NCBI GenBank assembly: GCA_038120095.1
Contig: JAYOKZ010000012.1
Location: 541 to 64,540, forward strand
Reading direction: 5' to 3'
Source of the DNA: Gemmatimonadales bacterium
GTDB taxonomy: Bacteria > Gemmatimonadota > Gemmatimonadetes > Longimicrobiales > Gaopeijiaceae
DNA length: 64,000 bases
Shown here: piece after piece, positions 1-9,454 of the stretch
Layout of the letters: each line of letters starts with the position of its first letter
How positions within the stretch are numbered: position 1 is the stretch's first letter
The notes under the pieces: model-generated
Database searches by the model: none
What the model saw: the letters and a program-made list of their open reading frames with translations, nothing else
What the model was told of the DNA's origin: nothing
Position numbers and translations under genes: made by a program

Positions 1-690
1 TGCCAGAATGTGAGCGATTCCCGCTCCCGCGAATGCATCGCGTACGTCACGGGTCAGACCTTCCGTTCGTGCCAGCGTCAGAGCGGTGACGAGCGGCCCC
101 CGTTCGCCGTAGACTCGGTGGATCGCCCGAACGAGTTCGCCTCGAAACCGGACCATACTCCAGCGGAGTCGCAGCCATGGCGCCGCATGGTCGGCACCCA
201 CATCCGGCTCGATCGCAGTGGCCGAGAACCACGGCCCATGGGTGCCTTCGCGCATGGCGCCCCGAACTCGTACGGACTGCCCTGCACGGATGGAATGACC
301 TCCGGGGATCGACCCTTCGGAGGAGCGCAGCACCACAGTCAACTCACCGCAATCATCGTGGCGGACGAGGCGCGCCCGGTCCGTGAGGGGTGGAGCGAGA
401 AACCTGCCGCGTAGAACCTCTCGTGCCACACAGGTCGACGTATCCCGCTGCATCTCCGCAGCCCGGGTCGCGAACCCCGCCAGCGTCCCCGACGCCGCCG
501 TCAGGAGCAGAGCGGCGCGAAGGGATATGAGACCTCGCGATAGCTGGCTGGGCCACAGAATCGAGCCCAGGAGAGTGAGGACGGCGACCGGCACCGGAAC
601 AGCCATGAGGCCCGCCGTGACTCCGGCACCGTAGGCCAGAGCCAGGCGCGCGATCGGCGCCGTCGTCACCTCAGACGGCCGACCCCGCAT
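1..690 (-). CDS. comEC: ComEC/Rec2 family competence protein, N-terminal part (runs off the window at position 1)
   Basis: Hand translation of the minus strand from ATG at 688-690 stays open to position 1 (230 codons). It is absent from the ORF track because it has no stop in the window. The sequence ends ...LTLARTEGLTRDVRDAFAGAGIAHILA, matching the ComEC pattern (G..HlLAiSG). The N-terminus has hydrophobic TM segments. It starts 4 nt after the upstream stop. Confidence 0.65.
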   Translation of the reverse strand, partial: MRGRPSEVTTAPIARLALAYGAGVTAGLMAVPVPVAVLTLLGSILWPSQLSRGLISLRAALLLTAASGTLAGFATRAAEMQRDTSTCVAREVLRGRFLAPPLTDRARLVRHDDCGELTVVLRSSEGSIPGGHSIRAGQSVRVRGAMREGTHGPWFSATAIEPDVGADHAAPWLRLRWSMVRFRGELVRAIHRVYGERGPLVTALTLARTEGLTRDVRDAFAGAGIAHILA

Positions 691-693
691 TGA

Positions 694-1026
694 TCAGATG
701 GAACGTGTCTCCTCCGGTGGGTCCTCGGAGTCGGGGAACAGATCCTGCTGCGAATGGTCGACAAAGCGATCTCGCTCTGCACGATCCTCCTCCGCGAGTC
801 GGAGGCGAAGAATCCGGCGCACTTTCAGGTCAGATTGCACACCGGCGACCAGCATGACGAGCATGCCGACGATCACGCTCCCGAAGGCCACGACGGTCAG
901 GGGAACGCCGTAGAGCGTTGTGAAGCCGAGGCGCAGCGTGACCCGATGACCGGAATTGAGCGAGGCGAACAGGAGGGATGTCCCGAGCAGGACCACAACG
1001 CCGACCCACCCGAGAACGCGATTCAA
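694..1026 (-). CDS. Small membrane protein, LapA/DUF1049-like
   Basis: 110 aa with two hydrophobic helices (VVVLLGTSLLFASL; LTVVAFGSVIVGMLVMLVAGV) and a charged acidic tail. It overlaps the miaB stop by 4 nt. Family assignment is by architecture only. Confidence 0.4.
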   Translation of the reverse strand: MNRVLGWVGVVVLLGTSLLFASLNSGHRVTLRLGFTTLYGVPLTVVAFGSVIVGMLVMLVAGVQSDLKVRRILRLRLAEEDRAERDRFVDHSQQDLFPDSEDPPEETRSI

Positions 1027-2465
1027 GCCAGCGCCGTGACCGGACGAGGCGATCCGACTTCACTACCCACAAACGTCGCCCCGGTCGTCCTCTCCAGCCT
1101 CGCCTGCGTGTAGCCGCCGATCCTTTCTGCGACCCCGTCAAAGACAACGACCTTGTTTCGGCGCGTTCGTCCCCGGAGTTGCCCCGGGTCACGGCCGTGG
1201 TCCTCGATCAAAACCTCTTCGATCCTGCCTACCTCGCGCTCGTTGATCTCATTCTGAATGCCGCGCGATACCTCGATCAATTCTGCAAGGCGGGCCTGAG
1301 CCTCCGCAGGGTCGATGAAGTCACGTTCAGGCAGTCGAGTCGCGGGAGTGCCGTCGCGGAGGGAGTACTTGTACGTGAACGCGTCGTCGAATCGAACGGT
1401 TCTCATGAAGTCGAGTGTGTCACGGAATTCCGCATCGGTCTCACCGGGGAAGGCCACGATCACATCGGTCGAGAGAGCGATGTCCGGCACGGCAGCCCGT
1501 ACCATGTCGACCTTTTCCAGCAGGATCTCGACCGTGTACCTCCGCAGCATACGCTTGAGCGTTCGATTGTTCCCGGCCTGCGCGGGAAGGTGGAGCTGCT
1601 CGCACACTGCAGCCTCGGTCGCCATGACCTCCACCAGCTCCTCGTTGACATCTCTGGGGTGGGGCGAGGTAAAACGGACGCGCCGGATCCCGTCGACCCG
1701 AGCAACCCGCCGCAGCAGCTCCGGGAACGGCACATCGTCCCATACGTACGAATTCACCGTTTGACCGAGCAACGTGATCTCGGTAACGCCCTGCTCGGAT
1801 AGGGCACGAACCTCGGCCAGCACTTCGGGGGCCGACCGGTTCTTCTCACCACCTCTCACGTAGGGAACGATGCAATACGTGCACCGGTGATCACATCCTC
1901 GCTGAATCGGAACCCACGCACTCGGACCCTTCGCTCGGCGTTGCTCGAGCCCCTGGTAGTTCTCGTCCATGTCGAGCTGGAGCACGGCCAACTGGGGCCC
2001 TCTCTTACGCCCCGCACCGATCACTTCGATCTCCGTTGCCGCCACCCCGCCCCCACCGCGGTCGGGATCATCCGCCCTCGCAGGCAGAGATCGTCCCTTT
2101 TCCAGGCGATCCAGGGTTTCGGGAAGCCCACGGTATCCGTCCGGCCCCATGACAATGTCCACGTACGGAGCCTGCTCCAGAAGGGTGCTTCCCATGCGCT
2201 GGGCCATGCAGCCCGTGACACCGATGACCATCTCCGGCCGCTCCCGCTTGAGGCCGTTGAGCTGAGACACCCGACCAAGCACACGCTTTTCCGCATGCTC
2301 TCGTATCGCGCACGTGTTCACCAGGACGACGTCCGCATCCTCAGGACGCCCGACGATGTCATACCCCGAACGCTCGAGAATGCCTTCCATCAGCTCGCCA
2401 TCACTGATGTTCATCTGACACCCGTACGTCTCGACGTAGGCGCGTTTGGGCGGGGTCGTGTTCAT
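1023..2465 (-). CDS. miaB: tRNA-2-methylthio-N6-dimethylallyladenosine synthase (radical SAM methylthiotransferase)
   Basis: 480 aa. The N-terminal YVETYGCQMNISDGELMEGIL is a typical MiaB UPF0004 domain. Radical SAM CxxxCxxC is present (GCDHRCTYCIVP), followed by a C-terminal TRAM-like region. Confidence 0.9.
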   Translation of the reverse strand: MNTTPPKRAYVETYGCQMNISDGELMEGILERSGYDIVGRPEDADVVLVNTCAIREHAEKRVLGRVSQLNGLKRERPEMVIGVTGCMAQRMGSTLLEQAPYVDIVMGPDGYRGLPETLDRLEKGRSLPARADDPDRGGGGVAATEIEVIGAGRKRGPQLAVLQLDMDENYQGLEQRRAKGPSAWVPIQRGCDHRCTYCIVPYVRGGEKNRSAPEVLAEVRALSEQGVTEITLLGQTVNSYVWDDVPFPELLRRVARVDGIRRVRFTSPHPRDVNEELVEVMATEAAVCEQLHLPAQAGNNRTLKRMLRRYTVEILLEKVDMVRAAVPDIALSTDVIVAFPGETDAEFRDTLDFMRTVRFDDAFTYKYSLRDGTPATRLPERDFIDPAEAQARLAELIEVSRGIQNEINEREVGRIEEVLIEDHGRDPGQLRGRTRRNKVVVFDGVAERIGGYTQARLERTTGATFVGSEVGSPRPVTALA

Positions 2466-3817
2466 GCTTGAGAAAACGCAGAATCCTGGGGCACTGCAAT
2501 ATACAGATCGTCCGGATCGCCACGCAGGGTGCCGGTGACGACGGCCGCGTGAGACCCGAAACCTCGCAGCACAGGCAACGAATCGGCAGAGCCATGGTCT
2601 CCCTGACCACGTACACGAACGCGCAGGTAGTCCCCTGTCAGTCCCGTACCTCCGTCGCCCTCCAGCACAACGGATGCAACGGTGCCCGCACGCTTCGCGC
2701 GATACGACAAACCGTGGTCAAGAGCCACCTCCCGGAGCTGGCGGGCGCGTTCACCGGCGATTCGCTGCGGTACGGGAGAGTCCAGCATCTCGGCAGCCGT
2801 GTTCTTGCGCGGCGAGAACGGGAAGACATGCAGGTACGTGAAGGGGAGTTCCTCCACGAGCAGCCTCGTATCGCGATGATGTTCGTCGGTCTCGCCTGGA
2901 AAGCCCGTGATCACGTCAGCTCCCAGACCCAACGGGTCCACCCTCTCTGCGATCTCGAGCGCCCGAATCCGGTACTGCTCTCGCGTGTGCCACCGCCGCA
3001 TCCGTCGAAGGACGGGATCGGAACCGCTCTGCAGAGGCATGTGGAGGTGGGGAGCCAGGCGACCACCGGACGACGCCATCAACTCGATGAGCAGATCGTC
3101 CACCTCCGTGGCCTCCACACTCCCGATGCGGAATCGCGTGTCCGGAACATCGTCGAGCAGACGGGCACACAGTTTCGAAAGGCTCGACGCAGGCTCCAGA
3201 TCGATCCCGTAGTGGCCGATATGGATCCCCGTGATGACCAATTCCGCGTGGTGCTGAGCCATCAGTCGCGCTTCCGCAATCACGTCCTCGGGACGACGCG
3301 AGCGTGACGTTCCCCGTGCGAGTCGGGTCGCGCAAAAAGAGCACTTCCGGTCGCATCCATCCTGCACCTTCAGCCATCCCCGAGCCGCCCCCAGCCTCGT
3401 CTGCAGAAGTTCCCCCCCCACGGGCTCGTGGTCGATCCGGTCCAACGAGGAGCGCACCTGAATCTGTGTCAGACCTCCGAAACCCTGACGCTCCACGGCA
3501 CTGGCTACCTGCACGGGATCGTGCCCGGCAATCACATCCACGACCCCGTCCATCGTGTCGTATTCCACGTGGCTCAGAGCCGCGGAACACCCCGCGACCA
3601 CAACCCGGATGTCCGGTCGCTCGCGACGAACTCGACGGATGAATCGGCGAGCCTCCGCGTCAGCCTGATTCGTCACAGTGCATGTGTTGACGATCATCAC
3701 ATCGGCATCCAGTGCCGCAGAAGCCGTCACAGCGCCGCGTGCCTCGACCTCCTGACGCATGCGCTCAGTGTCGTACTGATTCGCCTTGCAGCCGAACGTG
3801 TGGTAGTGGACGCGCAC
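2462..3817 (-). CDS. mtaB: MtaB-like radical SAM methylthiotransferase (t6A37 methylthiotransferase family)
   Basis: 451 aa. N-terminal HTFGCKANQYDTERM, a second Cys cluster (NTCTVT) and a radical SAM motif (GCDRKCSFCATR). It has a 4-nt overlap with miaB. Confidence 0.8.
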   Translation of the reverse strand: MRVHYHTFGCKANQYDTERMRQEVEARGAVTASAALDADVMIVNTCTVTNQADAEARRFIRRVRRERPDIRVVVAGCSAALSHVEYDTMDGVVDVIAGHDPVQVASAVERQGFGGLTQIQVRSSLDRIDHEPVGGELLQTRLGAARGWLKVQDGCDRKCSFCATRLARGTSRSRRPEDVIAEARLMAQHHAELVITGIHIGHYGIDLEPASSLSKLCARLLDDVPDTRFRIGSVEATEVDDLLIELMASSGGRLAPHLHMPLQSGSDPVLRRMRRWHTREQYRIRALEIAERVDPLGLGADVITGFPGETDEHHRDTRLLVEELPFTYLHVFPFSPRKNTAAEMLDSPVPQRIAGERARQLREVALDHGLSYRAKRAGTVASVVLEGDGGTGLTGDYLRVRVRGQGDHGSADSLPVLRGFGSHAAVVTGTLRGDPDDLYIAVPQDSAFSQA

Positions 3818-3829
3818 CGGGGGTGCTGA

Positions 3830-5014
3830 TCAGAAGCCGGAGGTCAGGAGCGAGAGCGTTGCCCTCCAGAATTGTTCGCTGAGGTTCGAGCTGTTTCTCT
3901 GCCCCCTCTCGATGGACAGGTCCAGCGCGGCCAGAACCACTCCGGCCGTCTCGTTCAGCGTCAGACCGAATCCTCCCGAGAACGTTCGCTCCGTGACGGA
4001 TTCGTCCTCGAACGCGAATGGGAGGCCAACCCTCCGAAACCCGAAGCGCAACGGTGCATCCCTGCCGAAGAGTCGCGCGCGCGAAAGCTCAACCCCCAGC
4101 CCGAAACCGCTTCCGCTCCCCGCGAACCCACCATTCAACTGGTCCTGCGCGCTGGACCAGTCCGCGAGCACGGCACTCCCGTGAACCAGGATACTCGGTC
4201 CGACATTCGCAGTCGCGCCTACACGGAGGTGGACCGGGAGCGCAAAGGTGCGATCGGATCCACGCGTATCCTCGGACGCCGTCCCACTCAGTTGCGTGGG
4301 GACCTGAACACTGGCGGCGACCCGGAGCCCGTCGAGCTCAGCCGAGCCACCCGCCGACAGCGACCACCCCGTCCATGACCAGACTCCGGCCTCCACGTAC
4401 GTGTCGACGTTCCCCGCCTCACCCTCTTCGCCATAGGTTCGCTCGAGCGTGCGGTCCAGGCTGCCCGCATACCGACCGATGCTCAGGCCCGCGGAGAAAC
4501 GCTCTCCCAGCGTGCGGGCGAATCCGAGCGTGACCGTGGACACGGCGCCATCCTGATCGAACGCATCGGACGTGCGGACGGGCCCGTCACCCAGGTCGGT
4601 CTCTCCGACCCGCGTAACCTCATACGTCTGGTCGAGGAACGAGCCGATCTGGATCGACGCCATGCCACCAAGGATCGGGTACCCGATACCCATAAGCGGA
4701 AAGCGATTCCCCTGGACGGTACCCGACCGGTCTCCAGCGGCCGAGTAATCGACCCAGCTCGGCGAAGCGACCATGACGCCCGTGGAAATGCCGAGGCGGG
4801 CGAGTGCCCCCGGGTCGGACGGCATCATCGACCTGCCGTTCAGCCCGATCCCCATGCTCCCCAGGGCGCGGGCCCGACCATCGAGGGCCTCGACGGTTGT
4901 CCCGAGGCCCGCCGCGTTGAAGAGCGATTGGCCATGAATCGAGACCGAGGAGACCGCCAGGACGGCAACCGCCATGGTCGCAGCACGTGAGATCCTCCGC
5001 ATGAATCTGCTCAT
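3830..5014 (-). CDS. Outer-membrane beta-barrel protein, unknown family
   Basis: 394 aa. Signal peptide MSRFMRRISRAATMAVAVLAVSSVSIHGQS, alternating Gly/aromatic-rich beta-strand-like composition, and a C-terminal ...SLLTSGF with terminal Phe typical of OMPs. It has an ATGA overlap with the upstream gene. Confidence 0.55.
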   Translation of the reverse strand: MSRFMRRISRAATMAVAVLAVSSVSIHGQSLFNAAGLGTTVEALDGRARALGSMGIGLNGRSMMPSDPGALARLGISTGVMVASPSWVDYSAAGDRSGTVQGNRFPLMGIGYPILGGMASIQIGSFLDQTYEVTRVGETDLGDGPVRTSDAFDQDGAVSTVTLGFARTLGERFSAGLSIGRYAGSLDRTLERTYGEEGEAGNVDTYVEAGVWSWTGWSLSAGGSAELDGLRVAASVQVPTQLSGTASEDTRGSDRTFALPVHLRVGATANVGPSILVHGSAVLADWSSAQDQLNGGFAGSGSGFGLGVELSRARLFGRDAPLRFGFRRVGLPFAFEDESVTERTFSGGFGLTLNETAGVVLAALDLSIERGQRNSSNLSEQFWRATLSLLTSGF

Positions 5015-6381
5015 GGAAGCTCTACCGGTGGGCCGATCGTGAGGACAAGCCTGAGAAACGGTTCGGCGGCCGACTGGGGACCCTCGAAGGACGCAAAGGT
5101 GATGGAGAACGGCTCGATCACCGAGAGCAACGCGAGCGTCTCAGGCGTTGGGTTTCCGCTGGCGTCGGTTCCGCGCAGGCGATCCCGCGCATAACCGGTG
5201 AACGGAATCTCGATCTCTAGTCCCGGCTCGGATCCGAACGCCTCCGGCGCGACGGACCGTCCGAACGGACTCACGATCAGGGATACCCCGAGGGGGGACT
5301 TCGGCATGGCCGCGCGGTTCAGCACCGGACGGACATCCAGACGAATCGAATCGGTCGGCTGGAACGCGGCTTCCGTGGCACGACTCGTGAGCACCAGAGC
5401 CGCGTACGAGATCTCGCCGGGTGAAAGTTCATGAGGGCAACGAACGACCGCACAGAAATCCGGGAGGTTGTCGAGGATCTCCGGGATGTTCACATCCAGG
5501 ATCGTGCGCCACGAAGGGGCCCCGCCGATCCGGACCCCATCGGGAGGAGGCTGGGGGAACGGATTATAGATGAACGTCGAACCACGCGTAACAGCGGTCA
5601 GCTCGATGATCGTGTCCGGGTTGCTGCTGGGTCGCGCATCCAGCCGGACAACCGCCTTCGAGAGAGAGAGCCGCTCGCCCGAGTCGAGAATCTCGATTCG
5701 TGCTCCCGCACTGAGGTCTGTCGTGTCCGCCCACGCCGCGACTTCCGCGGAGTCGAGTACGAACACGGCGGTGTCCCCGACCAAAGGATCCCAGACGGTC
5801 TGTGCGACGGGTAGGACAACCCCGCCCCCGGCCTCACTCCACGGCCTCTCGTCGTTGATCGTATCAACCGCAAAGTCCCAGGAAGCCGTCGTTTGGTCCC
5901 ATTCTTCGGTAATCGCTCCCAGAGCGAGGGTCACCGCCCCCGAATTCGTACTCTCGATCGTATCGAAGAACGCGACGAAACGGCCCCCGAGAATGGTCAG
6001 CGTCGAATCCGGACGCGACGCCCCGGTCGTGTCCTGAACCGTGGCGACCCGCGGGTAGGACCCGATTCGCAGAAGAGTTCGGGCGTCGAGAGTTCCCGCA
6101 AAGTCCTCCGCCAGCACGCCCTGTCCGATGTCCTCGGCGGATCCGTATCCGCCGAAGACTTCGAGATTCGACGCGAACGCCGACCATGGAATTTCCACGG
6201 TGACCGTGATCGGGGCGCCCGGAAGAGCGTCGTCGTTCAACGCGACCGGTGTCTGCTCCTGACACCCCACTCCAAACATGATTGCGAAGCCCAGCGCGGC
6301 TGCGGCCCAACCTTTCCGATGTGCTACGAGAACGCTCAAGGACCCGCTCTTCCACCTGAATGAGGCACTGTTCACACGCAT
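5011..6381 (-). CDS. Secreted protein or possible lipoprotein, unknown function
   Basis: 456 aa. Hydrophobic leader ending FAIMFGVGCQE (non-canonical lipobox). No catalytic motif recognised. Translationally coupled to the OMP gene. Confidence 0.45.
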   Translation of the reverse strand: MRVNSASFRWKSGSLSVLVAHRKGWAAAALGFAIMFGVGCQEQTPVALNDDALPGAPITVTVEIPWSAFASNLEVFGGYGSAEDIGQGVLAEDFAGTLDARTLLRIGSYPRVATVQDTTGASRPDSTLTILGGRFVAFFDTIESTNSGAVTLALGAITEEWDQTTASWDFAVDTINDERPWSEAGGGVVLPVAQTVWDPLVGDTAVFVLDSAEVAAWADTTDLSAGARIEILDSGERLSLSKAVVRLDARPSSNPDTIIELTAVTRGSTFIYNPFPQPPPDGVRIGGAPSWRTILDVNIPEILDNLPDFCAVVRCPHELSPGEISYAALVLTSRATEAAFQPTDSIRLDVRPVLNRAAMPKSPLGVSLIVSPFGRSVAPEAFGSEPGLEIEIPFTGYARDRLRGTDASGNPTPETLALLSVIEPFSITFASFEGPQSAAEPFLRLVLTIGPPVELP

Positions 6382-7508
6382 TTGTCCGTCCAGACCCGTG
6401 GCAAGCGCTGCGTCAGCCCGGTGAGGATCTCATAACTGATCGTCCCCGACTCGGCCGCAACGTCATCCAACCCGCGTTGGGCATCGTCCACCGACCCGAC
6501 CAACGTCGCCACGTCCCCTTCCCGGGCCGACGCTACGTTCGTGATGTCTACCACTGTGACGTCCATCGAGATCCGCCCAATCACGGGGACTACCGTACCC
6601 TGCAAGATCGCACCACCGCGGTTCGAAAGCGCCCTCGGTAGTCCGTCGCCGTATCCGATCGAGAGTGTGCCCCATCGTTCGTGTCGCGACGAACTGTAGG
6701 TGGAGCCATATCCGAGTGTCGTTCCCGGAGGGACCGAACGAACGAGCGCCACGCGAGCATGGAGAGACACGACCGGTCGCGGGTTCAGCTGACCCGGGCC
6801 AACTCCCCCACCGTACAGAAAAATGCCCGGCCGAACGACGGTACGCGCGATTTCAGGAGCGCGAAACACCCCGGCGCTGTTGAGCACATGAACGGCCACG
6901 TCCTCGCCGCCGTCACCACGCTCCCGCACGATCTGCTCGGCGAGGTCGGCGAAACGGTCCCATTGGACGCGGACGCTCCGTTCGTCCTCGTCAGCGGAGT
7001 GGAGGTGCGTGTAGCAGCCAACGCAGCACGCGTTCGGCAAGCCACCCGCCGCGACCGGCAGCCAGACCCCTGCCGTTCGCCAGTCGAAGCCACTGCGCCC
7101 CATGCCCGTATCGACGTCGACGTGGTACTCGGCTCTCACGCCGACCCCTCGAGCGACCTCGTCCAGGTGGCGAATCCCGTCTTCGCTGGACATGGAGAGC
7201 TGCAGCTGGTGGCGTACCGCACGGTCCACGTCGCCGCGCGGGGTCGGACTGCACACCACGATCCGACCGTCGAAGCCCGCCTCGCGCAACTCGACCCCCT
7301 CCGCGACCGCCGAGACACCGAAGCCCCATGGACCCAGTGGCTGCAGCGTTTGCACGACCCGCTCAACGCCGAGGCCGTAGGCGTTCGCCTTGACCATCGG
7401 CAGCACGCCGGTGCCGGGTCCGACGTGATCGCGAACGCGCACGTAGTTGTCCCGCAGAGCATCGGCTCGCACTTCTACCCAGGCCCGAGCCTTCGAATTC
7501 GTTGACAT
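6372..7508 (-). CDS. alr: Alanine racemase
   Basis: PLP-binding motif VKANAYGLG and typical C-terminal ISYEILT. The track ORF starts at 7631. I prefer the internal ATG at 7506-7508 (MSTNSKARAWVEV...), because the extension is unlike Alr and would overlap mazG. Confidence 0.88.
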   Translation of the reverse strand: MSTNSKARAWVEVRADALRDNYVRVRDHVGPGTGVLPMVKANAYGLGVERVVQTLQPLGPWGFGVSAVAEGVELREAGFDGRIVVCSPTPRGDVDRAVRHQLQLSMSSEDGIRHLDEVARGVGVRAEYHVDVDTGMGRSGFDWRTAGVWLPVAAGGLPNACCVGCYTHLHSADEDERSVRVQWDRFADLAEQIVRERGDGGEDVAVHVLNSAGVFRAPEIARTVVRPGIFLYGGGVGPGQLNPRPVVSLHARVALVRSVPPGTTLGYGSTYSSSRHERWGTLSIGYGDGLPRALSNRGGAILQGTVVPVIGRISMDVTVVDITNVASAREGDVATLVGSVDDAQRGLDDVAAESGTISYEILTGLTQRLPRVWTDKCV

Positions 7509-7605
7509 GAGACCTGAAAGATGCCAGAAACAGGTCGCTCCGACGACCCCCCAGACGGTCCTCCGGGCAAACCCAAGAGGAGTCAAGCGCAGTGCACGGA
7601 CGACT

Positions 7606-8379
7606 ATGAAGACAAGCGAAAAGACTGACATTCCCTCGGGTCCCGGAAGCCTGGACCGTGCGCTCGGCCTGGTACGCTTCCTTCGAAAGGAGTGTCCGTG
7701 GGACGCGAAGCAGACCGCCGAGTCATTGATTCCACACCTGCTCGAGGAGGCTCACGAGGTCGTCGATGCGATCCGTGATGGTGATGTCCTTGAGCTCGAA
7801 GGCGAGCTTGGCGACCTCCTGCTGAACCTCGCGTTTCAGATTGTCGTGGCGGAAGAACGGGGCGACCTCGACGCAACGTCAGTCTACAACCGCCTCGAGG
7901 CGAAGATGATTGCCCGACACCCACACATCTTCGGGACCGGAGAACCGCGTAGTTGGGAAGAGCTCAAGGCGGATGAGCGTGCAGAGGGCGAGAGTGTGCT
8001 CAGCGGGCTCGCGAAGGGGCTCGATCCACTGACGCGCTCTCACCGTATTCAGGAGCGGGTTGCCGCCGTGGGATTCGACTGGGATGACGCGGAGGGCGCT
8101 CTGGACAAGGTTGCCGAGGAACTGCAGGAGACGAGGGAGGAGCTCGGCTCCGACAACTTCGAAGAAGAAGTGGGTGACCTGCTCTTTGCGTGTGTCAACG
8201 TCGCCCGCCTGGGGGGCGCTCACCCGACCACGGCGCTCGCACGAGCCAACACGAAATTCGTCCGACGTTTTCAGGAGCTCGAGCTGCGGGCCCGCGACCG
8301 CGGTCTGGAACTGGCGACCGCAGGACTGGCGACCCTCGACGGACTGTGGCAGGAAGTGAAGGCCGAGGAGCGTCAGTAG
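7606..8379 (+). CDS. mazG: Nucleoside triphosphate pyrophosphohydrolase MazG
   Basis: LRKECPWDAKQT and EEAHEVVDAI motifs, with the tandem MazG domain repeated (ELQETREELG...EVGDLLFACVNVAR). Start moved from 7447 to ATG at 7606-7608 (MKTSEKTD). Confidence 0.85.
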   Translation: MKTSEKTDIPSGPGSLDRALGLVRFLRKECPWDAKQTAESLIPHLLEEAHEVVDAIRDGDVLELEGELGDLLLNLAFQIVVAEERGDLDATSVYNRLEAKMIARHPHIFGTGEPRSWEELKADERAEGESVLSGLAKGLDPLTRSHRIQERVAAVGFDWDDAEGALDKVAEELQETREELGSDNFEEEVGDLLFACVNVARLGGAHPTTALARANTKFVRRFQELELRARDRGLELATAGLATLDGLWQEVKAEERQ

Positions 8380-9449
8380 CCGGCCTGTTTGTCGACGACG
8401 TTCTCCCATTCCTCCATCGGTCGACTCAGCAGGTAACGCTCGAGATTCCGCACGATCAACCCCGTCTCCCGGACCCAGAACCCGCCTGTCACCGCAGAGA
8501 CATGAGGAGTGATCATCACGTTCGATAAGCCCCAGAGAGGGCTCTCGGAATCCAGCGGTTCCCGGGTGAAGACGTCGAGGCCTGCCCCACGAATCCTGCC
8601 CTCCTCGAGGGCTTCGATCATCGCTCCTTCGTCGATGAGACGGCCCCGGGCGACATTCACGACGATCGCTTCCGACTTCATTCGTCGAAACGCACTTCGG
8701 TCGATCATCCCTCGCGTCTCGGGAGTATCGGGTGCGGCCACCACAATGGCATCGCACTCCCGATAGACCGCATCGAGACCTGACTCGCCCCACACGATCT
8801 CGATCCTCGCCCCCAGTTCGCCACCCCCACTGACCGGCTGCAGGTTTGCCTCTCCGGATCGGGCGGGCATGCGCTTCACCGCGATCACCCGCGAGCCCAG
8901 GGAAGCGACCCGACGAGCCACCTCACGACCGATACCGCCGAACCCGATGATTCCGACGGTCATCGCCGACAGCTCTCGAAGAGGAGCACCCGCCACATAG
9001 AAGGGCGCCGTAGCCCACTCCGATCGGCGCTGTGACTCTGCTGCCAGGTCGAGCCCGCGCGTGAAGTGGAGTAGCATGGCGAGCACGGTCTCCGCCATCG
9101 GTGGGGCGTGGACACCCGCGGAGTTCGTGAAGACGACCGGGCTGTCGAGCATGGTCGGGGTCAAGGACGAACCGACACCAGAGGCACCCGAGTGCACCCA
9201 GCGCAGCTTCGGGCCTGCTCGCAGGAGCTCCTCAGGGATGCCGTATCCGAAATAGATTTCCGCATCCGAAACGAGGGACAGCACGTGACTGGACACCCGG
9301 GCTGCGCCATCTCCGGAACCGTCCGTTTCTTCCTCTACGACATCGAGAGCCCACGAGGCGGGGAGCGCATCGCGGATTTGCGCCGGTACCCACTCGGGCA
9401 TCGCCCAGATGGGACGCCGGTCCATCATGTCGAGGACGGCTCGTGGCAT
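8373..9449 (-). CDS. D-isomer-specific 2-hydroxyacid dehydrogenase family, NAD-binding
   Basis: 358 aa. Rossmann motif GIIGFGGIGREVARR and a C-terminal ITPHVS catalytic His region typical of the family. Confidence 0.8.
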   Translation of the reverse strand: MPRAVLDMMDRRPIWAMPEWVPAQIRDALPASWALDVVEEETDGSGDGAARVSSHVLSLVSDAEIYFGYGIPEELLRAGPKLRWVHSGASGVGSSLTPTMLDSPVVFTNSAGVHAPPMAETVLAMLLHFTRGLDLAAESQRRSEWATAPFYVAGAPLRELSAMTVGIIGFGGIGREVARRVASLGSRVIAVKRMPARSGEANLQPVSGGGELGARIEIVWGESGLDAVYRECDAIVVAAPDTPETRGMIDRSAFRRMKSEAIVVNVARGRLIDEGAMIEALEEGRIRGAGLDVFTREPLDSESPLWGLSNVMITPHVSAVTGGFWVRETGLIVRNLERYLLSRPMEEWENVVDKQAGY

Positions 9450-9454
9450 GATGT

